A stretch of 64,000 bases of DNA from Promethearchaeota archaeon (GTDB taxonomy: Archaea > Asgardarchaeota > Heimdallarchaeia > Hodarchaeales > Hodarchaeaceae), in contig JBHLMN010000015.1 in the NCBI GenBank assembly GCA_048938105.1, forward strand, positions 1 to 64,000, given 5' to 3'. The position numbers and the translations under genes were made by a program. The notes beneath the pieces were generated by a model that saw nothing but the letters and a program-made list of their open reading frames with translations, searched no databases and had not been told where the DNA came from. Of the stretch, positions 48,800 to 57,470 are shown piece by piece. The number at the start of each line of letters is the position of its first letter. Position 1 is the first letter of the stretch.

Positions 48800-51604
48800 T
48801 TAAATGCCTGTTAATGCGCTTCCACGGCGCTTTAATATTGAATTAGCAATACTTATGATGATAACTTGTAAAAGAATTAATAAGACGCCTAGAGCAGCCG
48901 CTTCGTTTACACCTAAGATTCCTTCGTGAGGTAGTGGATCGCTATTTTTCTCATTGATCATCCAAGGGATAGTTGCTTGGGCTTCGCTATTTAATAATAT
49001 CAATGAAGTACTGACTTCACCTAAAGCATATACAAATGAAATCATAGCACCAGCAATTACACTGACAGCAATTAATGGGATCGTGATTCTTAAAATTGTG
49101 TGAAGATTTGAGGCCCCTAGATTTGTTGATGCTTCTTCAAAAGTAACATGTGTCTGTTGAAGACCAGCGTAAGCTGCTCTAACAGTAAACGGAAATCTAC
49201 GCACTGTAAAACTAGCTATCAATAGAAAGTGAACAAGGTAAAATCCAGGCATTATTTCCTCTACTTGATACTCTCTACCTAATAATCCCACTAATGTAGG
49301 GATATAATAAATAAAAAGTCCAAATCCAACAATTATTCCCGGAATTGCAATAGGAGAAGTTACAAGAGTGTCAAAAGCGAATTTTCCTGGGAATTCTTTT
49401 CTAGCTAAGATGTAAGCTGCAGCAACACCTAGAAGGATGATGAGAATCATTGCAATAAAAGCATACATCGTGGTTCTAGAGATGATGTTGCTAAATCCTC
49501 CAACCTCTTTGATATAGGTTAGAAATTCGAGATTAGTAATTTCTCCAATTTGCCCAACGATTTCTGTTATCAAAGTTCCAATACCAAGGTTTAATTCATC
49601 TATAATTGGCTCTAATGATGGAATAAAAATTCGAGAAATTTCCGACAAAATGATAGAAATAACTATTGGAAGTAAAAAGGCAATGATTAGAAAACTATAT
49701 GCAGTTTTAGGATTAACATTAGGATCTGGTAGCTTAACATAATTTTTTGATAATCTGTACAAAAAGTAAAGAATTAACCATCCTAATATCCAAAGTGTTG
49801 GGATACTGATAACACGGATTAAATCACCAATATCTGGACTCAAAAGTTTGAATGAAATTGATGTTGGAAAAAGGTGTTTAGGATTTGTAACATCCCATGT
49901 GAAATTATCCGAAACTGAAAGAAAAAATGATCCTATATGAGGTAACAAAGCAAATGACATTAGTAGAACAACGGAAATTATTATTAATAGAGTGGGGATA
50001 ATAGAAATTTTCCGACTTCTTGGATTGAAAACGCCTCCTTTGCTAACCATTGCATATTCACGTATCCCGACATATTTGCGAATGAAAGCAAACCCTGTCA
50101 TGGCAATTACAAAGAGGATCACAGCCAGAGCTAATCCATCACCTTGTAATGTTCCCAATTGATCTTGCCATAAGGTAAATACCTTGGTTGTTAATAAATT
50201 TTGGATTTCCACATCACCAGAGAAAATTAATGGTGTACCTAGATCTTCTACACTTAAAATAAAAGTCAAAATCGATCCAGCTGCAATACCAGGAAGAGCA
50301 AGTGGAAAAGTTATCGACCTGAAGAGTTTTGAGCCAGAAGCACCGAGATTTTCACCACTTTCCTCTAAAGTGGGGTCAATGTTTTGGAATGCAGAAAGAC
50401 TGTTTAGGTAAATTAAGGTATAAAAATGGACTGATTGGACAAGAATTACTGCAGTAAGACCTTTCAAGATGATAGGAAACTGTAGTATGGGAATAGCATC
50501 ATAAAATAATCTATTAAAGAAGGAATACCCCTGTGGATGAGCTAACATACGTTTAATTCCAATTGCTCCAACAAATGGAGGTACAACGAGAGGGAAAAGG
50601 AGTACTGCTCTAATTACTGACTTCCCGAAGAATTCATAACGTGCAATGACAAAAGCAAAAAATACTCCTAATATGGCTGAGATAAATGTAGTTGCAATAG
50701 CTACAAATATCGTATTAACCAATACAGAAGCTTCTATACCAGCGAAAATTAAGATGTAACCATATTGGGGGTCTGGAACTTTATTGAAGAAGTTGATCCT
50801 CCATCCTTCAACAATGAAATCATAATTTGAAAATAAAAATGGAGTCATCAGGATAATACAAGTAAAGGATAGCCAAAAAAAAGGCTTAAGGAAAGATGAA
50901 CTTAATAGGTACCTAGAAAATTGTCGTGAATATAGAAATGAGCTAATTATTCCAACAATTATAGCGCCAATCATAGAAATGAAAGTTATAAGTTCCAAAT
51001 CAAATGAGTCATAAATCTGGAGTAACTGGCTTGATGCGGCTAAAAGGATCACAAAGAGAAACGTCACAACAGGGATTCCAACTATAAGGGCCAATGTTGG
51101 TTTTAAAGCAGTATTCAGGAAGAAATGATCAAGGTCATGCTTAATACTTTTATTTACAATTATTCCTATTCCAAGAAATAATAATGCAAGAATAATTCCA
51201 AATACACACTGGGGAACAGAAGTTAGGGCGTCAGAGAATAACAAAATAATAATAATTGTTACAATTGTGTAGCAGGACGGTATTAACAAGCTTACGAAAT
51301 CAAATCCTTTATTCTTAATTGTTCCCGCAAGTCTCGAAGCAAAAAAAATTACTAAACCAAAACTACTGATAAAAATAAAACTTCCAATGTCAAGTTCAAA
51401 ATATACAGGATTTTTAAAAACATCAACAAAGAATTTGAAAGAAAACTGACCATCAATGATAAAAGCTGTTAAAAGAATTGTAACCACTGGAATTACTAGA
51501 AAAAGAATAAAGAACACCAGAACAGAAAAAAGGAGAAAAAGGGAAAGCGGATCAAATTCCGCTTTAACCATTTTTAGATATTTCCTTGCCGTGAAAGTTG
51601 CCAT
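48800..51604 (-). CDS. ABC importer permease (FbpB/ThiP-like, two fused domains) with large hydrophobic insertions
   Basis: Two EAA loops (LEESGENLGAS...ITFPLA; FEEASTNLGAS...ITIPL); PPFVGA and PGIIVGFG motifs. Confidence 0.88.
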   Translation of the reverse strand: MATFTARKYLKMVKAEFDPLSLFLLFSVLVFFILFLVIPVVTILLTAFIIDGQFSFKFFVDVFKNPVYFELDIGSFIFISSFGLVIFFASRLAGTIKNKGFDFVSLLIPSCYTIVTIIIILLFSDALTSVPQCVFGIILALLFLGIGIIVNKSIKHDLDHFFLNTALKPTLALIVGIPVVTFLFVILLAASSQLLQIYDSFDLELITFISMIGAIIVGIISSFLYSRQFSRYLLSSSFLKPFFWLSFTCIILMTPFLFSNYDFIVEGWRINFFNKVPDPQYGYILIFAGIEASVLVNTIFVAIATTFISAILGVFFAFVIARYEFFGKSVIRAVLLFPLVVPPFVGAIGIKRMLAHPQGYSFFNRLFYDAIPILQFPIILKGLTAVILVQSVHFYTLIYLNSLSAFQNIDPTLEESGENLGASGSKLFRSITFPLALPGIAAGSILTFILSVEDLGTPLIFSGDVEIQNLLTTKVFTLWQDQLGTLQGDGLALAVILFVIAMTGFAFIRKYVGIREYAMVSKGGVFNPRSRKISIIPTLLIIISVVLLMSFALLPHIGSFFLSVSDNFTWDVTNPKHLFPTSISFKLLSPDIGDLIRVISIPTLWILGWLILYFLYRLSKNYVKLPDPNVNPKTAYSFLIIAFLLPIVISIILSEISRIFIPSLEPIIDELNLGIGTLITEIVGQIGEITNLEFLTYIKEVGGFSNIISRTTMYAFIAMILIILLGVAAAYILARKEFPGKFAFDTLVTSPIAIPGIIVGFGLFIYYIPTLVGLLGREYQVEEIMPGFYLVHFLLIASFTVRRFPFTVRAAYAGLQQTHVTFEEASTNLGASNLHTILRITIPLIAVSVIAGAMISFVYALGEVSTSLILLNSEAQATIPWMINEKNSDPLPHEGILGVNEAAALGVLLILLQVIIISIANSILKRRGSALTGI

Positions 51605-51643
51605 AGAGTCCGATACTCCATAAAGCTCAGTTATAATAGCGTA

Positions 51644-54079
51644 TTACCGTGACTTTCTTCGTCTCCGTGTCCAAGATAGGAAGATCGGTAAAGCTACTAG
51701 GGCATATAAAAATTCAAACCCAGGAATGCCTCCTCTACGCGAGGTCTCGCTAGTTTCCGTTTTCAGTGTAGTAAAAGTAGAGTAATCACTACCCTCTGGA
51801 TATCTGGCCCAATTGTCAAAAGCATCAGTTGCATTCAAGTAGAAAACATATTCTGTACCTGAAGTCAAGTCAGTTAGCTGAAAAGTGTGGGTTAAAGCTA
51901 GTGCGGTGCTAGTCATTGTGGAGGTTGGTGTATCTACACCATAATAAAGGGTTACACGAGTGGGTTTATCAGTAGTGATTTTTATGCTAACTTCTGTTTC
52001 ATCAATGACAGTCACATTCACATCAGAAATTCCTGGGGGAGTAACAGCAGCGGAAGACAATGTAGTAAATGAATATAAATTCGTTTGATTGTCATCCACA
52101 GTGAAAAAGACCCCATCAGAGGAATTAATTTCAAAATAATATTGTGATTCAGGAGTTAACCCTGTTAATTTTATTTCGTGAATGAGGGTTTCTGTGGCTT
52201 CATATTGAGTTGAACCAAGGGATGTTGTTGCTCCATAATTGACTCGGGAGTCAGAAAATTCATCTGTGACCCAAGAAACAACAGCTTCATCATCACTGAC
52301 CGAAGAAAGAACGTTTGTGATTTTTGGGGGAGCTGTATCAATTAATGTAAAAGTATAGAGATCACCGCTATTATCATCTGTTGCTGAATTACCACTAAGA
52401 TCCTTTGATGTAACTTTGAAATAATATTTCCCACCAGGAACAAGATTTTTTAGTATTACTTTATGCTTCGTTACAGGTAGCTCTTTGTGATCAATTACTT
52501 TCTTTTCATTCGATTCAATCTGTCCAAGTGACGTTGTTAAACCATAATCGACTCTAGTTGTTGTTACCTCATCTGTTTCCCACTCTATGGTTGCAGAGAC
52601 GTTTCCAGATTCAGTAACTAATACATTCGATATTATTGGGTTTGTTACATCCTCAGGTTCCGCTGCGCTTTCTGCAGCAGTTTTAACCTTTGCATATTTA
52701 CTTTTGGCAGCAGCAGTCCATTCTGCCTTTTTGGTTGCCCGGAACGATGAATCAGTTCTTACATTGTCAGAAATACTTTTGGCATCCTCGTAAGAGATTA
52801 GGGGTGCTCCTAAAGCTTGAATCCAACTAGAAATATTATAGTCTTGGATTCGTGGCGTATTTGAGGTGCCACTATTTTTCCACGCATTCACTATAGTACT
52901 CCATGCAGACACTAATTCAGCATGGGCATCAGTAAATGCTGCTTCAAAGTAGTATAAAAGAACACCGTGATAAGAATCTGCTTCAGTATCATTAAAATCG
53001 ATTCCTTTGTTATGGATAGTAATATTATAAGCATCAAGTAAATCTGGGCGTGATTGTCCTATTGTGGTATCGAATGCGTCTCCACGTGTAGGCATACGGT
53101 TAATAGCGCTGTCTAACCAATGTGATTGTCCCTCTTTGGATAATATAAATTGAACAAAAGCATTAGCTGCGTCTCGTTTTGCTGCATCTCCCTTAAGCAA
53201 ACATATTGGATCAGCGTTAACTATTGATTGTTCCTCTGGGATAATGTATTCACAATTTTCATTAGAAAGTTGAGCACCATAGCCATAAAAGTCTATTGTC
53301 ATCGCAATACCAACCTCTCCTTGTGTAACAGCATCGAGAGTAGCTACAGATCCTGGTTTTATAACTGAATTCGCTGCCATTGAAGTGAGGACAGACCATC
53401 CAAGATCCCATCCAAATTTTTGGATAATAATCTCGTAAATACGTGTGTTAGACGTCGTTCCTGGAGCATTTCCCATTGCTACTAATGGTGCAGCTTGTAA
53501 GAAATATTCGGGTCTTCCTATTTCTGTCCAAGTCGAAGGAGCATCAGCCTTTTTGTCGCTAAGAACCTTAGTATTAACAGTAAATCCAAATGTAGAGAGG
53601 GCTGCGCCAACCCACATCAAGTTACCTGAGCCATCGTATCGTCTCATTGGAGCCCCAGCAACTGACTCTGGTATCTGATTTACTTCAGCGAGTAGATCAG
53701 TGTCATTGATTTTATCAGCTACTCCAGCTTCAATTAAACCATCAAAAAGAATTGGACCGCCACCCCATCCTATGTCATAAGTCCCAGTTTTTGCTTGTGT
53801 TATCCAATTAGCCTCCTGAATACCCCATAATTCAACATTTGTTACACCAGCGTCTTTTGCAAGATCAGAAGCAAGAAATTCGGTTTTGAACTTGTTCCGA
53901 ATTGTTATCTCGTGGCGTGTAAGAATATTGAGAGTTATGCCAGCTTTTGGTGTTGAGATGGAAGCCATGCTTTCAATAGCCCCCGAAGAGGCAATCACAA
54001 TTGTAATAAAGACTATTAGAGAAACTGCTGGTAATATCTTATTTTTAGTGCGGTTTCTGAACCTTAATTTAATCATCAT
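51644..54079 (-). CDS. ABC substrate-binding protein (AfuA/FbpA-like, archaeal type) with three Fn3-like repeats and PGF anchor
   Basis: LTRHE, DIGWGGGP, FGFTVN, TSNTRIYEII, IDFYGY and NADPI motifs; C-terminal IPGFEF-TM-RRRRKSR. Confidence 0.87.
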   Translation of the reverse strand: MMIKLRFRNRTKNKILPAVSLIVFITIVIASSGAIESMASISTPKAGITLNILTRHEITIRNKFKTEFLASDLAKDAGVTNVELWGIQEANWITQAKTGTYDIGWGGGPILFDGLIEAGVADKINDTDLLAEVNQIPESVAGAPMRRYDGSGNLMWVGAALSTFGFTVNTKVLSDKKADAPSTWTEIGRPEYFLQAAPLVAMGNAPGTTSNTRIYEIIIQKFGWDLGWSVLTSMAANSVIKPGSVATLDAVTQGEVGIAMTIDFYGYGAQLSNENCEYIIPEEQSIVNADPICLLKGDAAKRDAANAFVQFILSKEGQSHWLDSAINRMPTRGDAFDTTIGQSRPDLLDAYNITIHNKGIDFNDTEADSYHGVLLYYFEAAFTDAHAELVSAWSTIVNAWKNSGTSNTPRIQDYNISSWIQALGAPLISYEDAKSISDNVRTDSSFRATKKAEWTAAAKSKYAKVKTAAESAAEPEDVTNPIISNVLVTESGNVSATIEWETDEVTTTRVDYGLTTSLGQIESNEKKVIDHKELPVTKHKVILKNLVPGGKYYFKVTSKDLSGNSATDDNSGDLYTFTLIDTAPPKITNVLSSVSDDEAVVSWVTDEFSDSRVNYGATTSLGSTQYEATETLIHEIKLTGLTPESQYYFEINSSDGVFFTVDDNQTNLYSFTTLSSAAVTPPGISDVNVTVIDETEVSIKITTDKPTRVTLYYGVDTPTSTMTSTALALTHTFQLTDLTSGTEYVFYLNATDAFDNWARYPEGSDYSTFTTLKTETSETSRRGGIPGFEFLYALVALPIFLSWTRRRRKSR

Positions 54080-54516
54080 TTTTTCATCAGCCTTCTTTAG
54101 CTAGATCGATGTCTTTACTTCGATAGTTTTTAAAAATTATTAATGTTTTTGGTGTTATTAAATGCCATAAGGGAATATTTAGAACAAACATGATAGAATA
54201 AGAACAGAAGATAATGTGTTGGCAAAGCTTATAGACAGAAATCTAGCCACAATGTTTGAAAATGGCTGATTCATGGGTGAGAGTCTGACCAAAATTGAAA
54301 ATTTAATAATATTGGAAATCTTATTTAGATTTTAATTGTAAATGAACCCATGTCGTTACATACAAAGATCAGATATGTACTCATATAACAATTATCTTCA
54401 ACAGTAAAATCACTTTTGAAGGATTTTAAAAGCTACAAAATCTGATATGGATTGGTTATTCATCATTCTTATTCCCCAGAAAAAAAAAGAGGAAGAAAAA
54501 GGTAGCAGTTATACAC

Positions 54517-57024
54517 TTACCTTCTTCGACGTCGAATTATTATTGAAGATACTCCAAGGGTGATTAACAGCGTGAGAGCTAAGAATCCAGGTCCTCCTTT
54601 TGAAGTTGTAGTTGAAGTTTTAGTCTTTGTTTTAGTTTTTGTCGCGGTTGCAGTGGTTTTCGTTGTAGTTGTAGGTGTAGTCGGGGTGGCCTCTACTGTG
54701 AAGGTGAATACTAATTCTGCTGTATTTCCTGCAGTATCGGTCGCAACAATTTTCACTGTATGCGATCCTACACTAGGGGTAGATATCGCATAAATAGTCG
54801 TAGTTTGGTTTGCTTTGCTCACACCATCGATAAAGACCTCAATATTCGCGATTGCTGTTGAAGCATCAATTGCAGTCCAATTCACAGTTATAGAGTCGCC
54901 TTCTGTAATAGTTGATTTATTCGCAGGTGAAACAATTGCAAGAACGGGTGCTGTGGTGTCTACAGTGATGTTTACCTCATCTGAGTAAGCCTTAAATCCA
55001 TATATGGTTTGTGCTCTCACTTGAAGTGTGTGTTTTCCGTCTGAAAGATCAATCAGAGTAAAGTCCATTCTACCAGTAATATTTCTGACTGAACCATCAA
55101 CAAGGATTTCATATCGAAGGATTTCAGCATTGAAAACACCAGCTGTCCAATTCAAGAAGACATCATTTTCTGAAAATAGTTTTTCAGCTACAGGTGTATC
55201 AATTTTCACACCATTAGGAATAAATGATCTCATTCTTATTGGTGCCATCCAGTTAAAGACATTCCAGATAAAGTACCGATTGTTCTGGAGTTGTTGTTTC
55301 TCGCTAGGATCCTTGAACATGTCTTTCCAAGTGCTCCAGAGAGCCTCGGCAGTTAGTACGAGCTTGTTGTCCTCACCAGGGAAAGTCTGCAAAGCTGCTA
55401 GGGTGAAGTTATTGACCTCGCCATTGGCGTGGACTTGATAGGTACCAATCTGGTTACGGACATCGACTCCATGGGGAGAGGTTCGGATGAGCCATTCAAC
55501 ATTGGCTATGTCAAAGTCCTGGTTGAACCCTTTCCCTGTACTATCCTCCAAGGGTACGAAATCGTCACTGGAATTCCGACCAATGATCGCGGTGGGCCCA
55601 TGAAACACGGATTGTGCATGGGGTAAGTTTTCGGTTAGCATTCGGGCGTTGGGGGTTCTCGTGTTGTAATTGATGGCTTTAACCCGATAGGTTCCTCCTG
55701 CAACATTCGACTCTGTATCATCGATAGAGGTCCGCTCGAAGTAAATATTGCTACCTAGCGTCAATAACACGTCATTGAAATATGTGGCATTCATATTGCT
55801 TTCATAGTCCCCGTCACCAGCAATGAGGATGGACTTGCCTCCTGTTGCCCACCAGTTGGAGAGCGCGGTTTTGCTTGCAGCAGTTAACTTCATCATCATT
55901 TTACTGAGAACTAGAATATCCACATCAGTGAACGTGCCTGCAGTATAAGCGGCTCTAGCATAGCGAACGTCATAACCCCACTTTCGCAGGGTCTCGTTGA
56001 ACAGGGTGTAATCGGTAGGCCAGTTTGCCACATCAGTGTGATATACGTCAAAGAGAACAACTGGTTGATCAGTTTCCATAAGGAATCCATCAAACCAATT
56101 AAGGATATTATAGACAAAGTACCGATTATCTTGATTCTGATCTTTTTCACTGGGATCTTTGAACATGTCCTTCCAAGTACTCCAGAGAGCCTCGGCAGTT
56201 AGTACGAGCTTGTTGTCCTCACCAGGGAAAGTCTGCAAAGCTGCTAGGGTGAAGTTATTGACCTCGCCATTGGCGTGGACTTGATAGGTACCAATCTGGT
56301 TACGGACATCGACTCCATGGGGAGAGGTTCGGATGAGCCATTCAACATTGGCTATGTCAAAGTCCTGGTTGAACCCTTTCCCTGTACTATCCTCCAAGGG
56401 TACGAAATCGTCACTGGAATTCCGACCAATGATCGCGGTGGGCCCATGAAACACGGATTGTGCATGGGGTAAGTTTTCGGTTAGCATTCGGGCGTTGGGG
56501 GTTCTCGTGTTGTAATTGATGGCTTTAACCCGATAGGTTCCTCCTGCAACATTCGACTCTGTATCATCGATAGAGGTCCGCTCGAAGTAAATATTGCTAC
56601 CTAGCGTCAATAACACGTCATTGAAATATGTGGCATTCATATTGCTTTCATAGTCCCCGTCACCAGCAATGAGGATGGACTTGCCTCCTGTTGCCCACCA
56701 GTTGGAGAGCGCGGTTTTGCTTGCAGCAGTTAACTTCATCATCATTTTACTGAGAACTAGAATATCCACATCAGTGAACGTGCCTGCAGTATAAGCGGCT
56801 CTAGCATAGCGAACGTCATAACCCCATGTTCGCAGGGTTTCGTTGAACAGGGTGTAATCGGTAGGCCAGTTTGCCACATCAGTGTGATATACGTCAAAGA
56901 GAACAACTGGTTTATCTTGAACCACTGCTCTAGTTGGAGTCAAAGGATTGGGAATGAAAAAGATACTTAGGAAAATAACAGTACCAATGACTATTCCAAC
57001 CTTGCTATTTTTCATTTTACTCAT
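54517..57024 (-). CDS. Cell-surface protein with two tandem GIFT/DUF4350-like domains, Ig-like domains and PGF anchor
   Basis: Signal peptide; duplicated 282-aa unit starting VVLFDVYH; Thr/Lys-rich linker; GPGF-TM-RRRRR. Confidence 0.8.
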   Translation of the reverse strand: MSKMKNSKVGIVIGTVIFLSIFFIPNPLTPTRAVVQDKPVVLFDVYHTDVANWPTDYTLFNETLRTWGYDVRYARAAYTAGTFTDVDILVLSKMMMKLTAASKTALSNWWATGGKSILIAGDGDYESNMNATYFNDVLLTLGSNIYFERTSIDDTESNVAGGTYRVKAINYNTRTPNARMLTENLPHAQSVFHGPTAIIGRNSSDDFVPLEDSTGKGFNQDFDIANVEWLIRTSPHGVDVRNQIGTYQVHANGEVNNFTLAALQTFPGEDNKLVLTAEALWSTWKDMFKDPSEKDQNQDNRYFVYNILNWFDGFLMETDQPVVLFDVYHTDVANWPTDYTLFNETLRKWGYDVRYARAAYTAGTFTDVDILVLSKMMMKLTAASKTALSNWWATGGKSILIAGDGDYESNMNATYFNDVLLTLGSNIYFERTSIDDTESNVAGGTYRVKAINYNTRTPNARMLTENLPHAQSVFHGPTAIIGRNSSDDFVPLEDSTGKGFNQDFDIANVEWLIRTSPHGVDVRNQIGTYQVHANGEVNNFTLAALQTFPGEDNKLVLTAEALWSTWKDMFKDPSEKQQLQNNRYFIWNVFNWMAPIRMRSFIPNGVKIDTPVAEKLFSENDVFLNWTAGVFNAEILRYEILVDGSVRNITGRMDFTLIDLSDGKHTLQVRAQTIYGFKAYSDEVNITVDTTAPVLAIVSPANKSTITEGDSITVNWTAIDASTAIANIEVFIDGVSKANQTTTIYAISTPSVGSHTVKIVATDTAGNTAELVFTFTVEATPTTPTTTTKTTATATKTKTKTKTSTTTSKGGPGFLALTLLITLGVSSIIIRRRRR
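55334..56912. repeat. Intragenic direct repeat with period 846 bp (55334-56066 vs 56180-56912)
   Basis: Copies read as identical apart from about 3 nt near 55981-55993; ORF-track shadow ORFs at 55429 and 56275 are identical and 846 bp apart. Confidence 0.93.
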
Positions 57025-57470
57025 TTCTAAATGCTCCTGTGCATATCAAAAAAGAGCTCATTTTCTCTAAAAAGGGAGAAGAGAATAATACGAGCATAAG
57101 ACTAGTTCTTCATTGTTATTTATATAACTTATTGCAGAAGACGGTTAGGGGTATACATTATGAAAAATTGCACTAAATTTCAGAAATAATCCAATAAAGA
57201 TAATATTATAGAATTTTCCTTCATTAATGCCATTTATTAAACCTCATTTTCAGAGATCTAGCAGGGGATAATGAAAAGCCATTCTAAACAGTTACAAAAA
57301 TCGCCCATTATATAAATAATGGATTGAGTAAGACTTAAATTTTGCTTAATTGGAGATTTTTGAGGTTTTGATACTCATTGTTTGCATCTTTCTCCCCATT
57401 TTAAAAAGAATTGATTTTTCTTAAGTTCATTGTGAATTAATTGCTAATAAAAAAGGAGAATAGGGGAAAT

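Noticed and set aside
55334-56912. The repeat as a mobile element or CRISPR array
   Set aside because: In-frame domain duplication inside one ORF, with no transposase, terminal repeats or repeat-spacer structure
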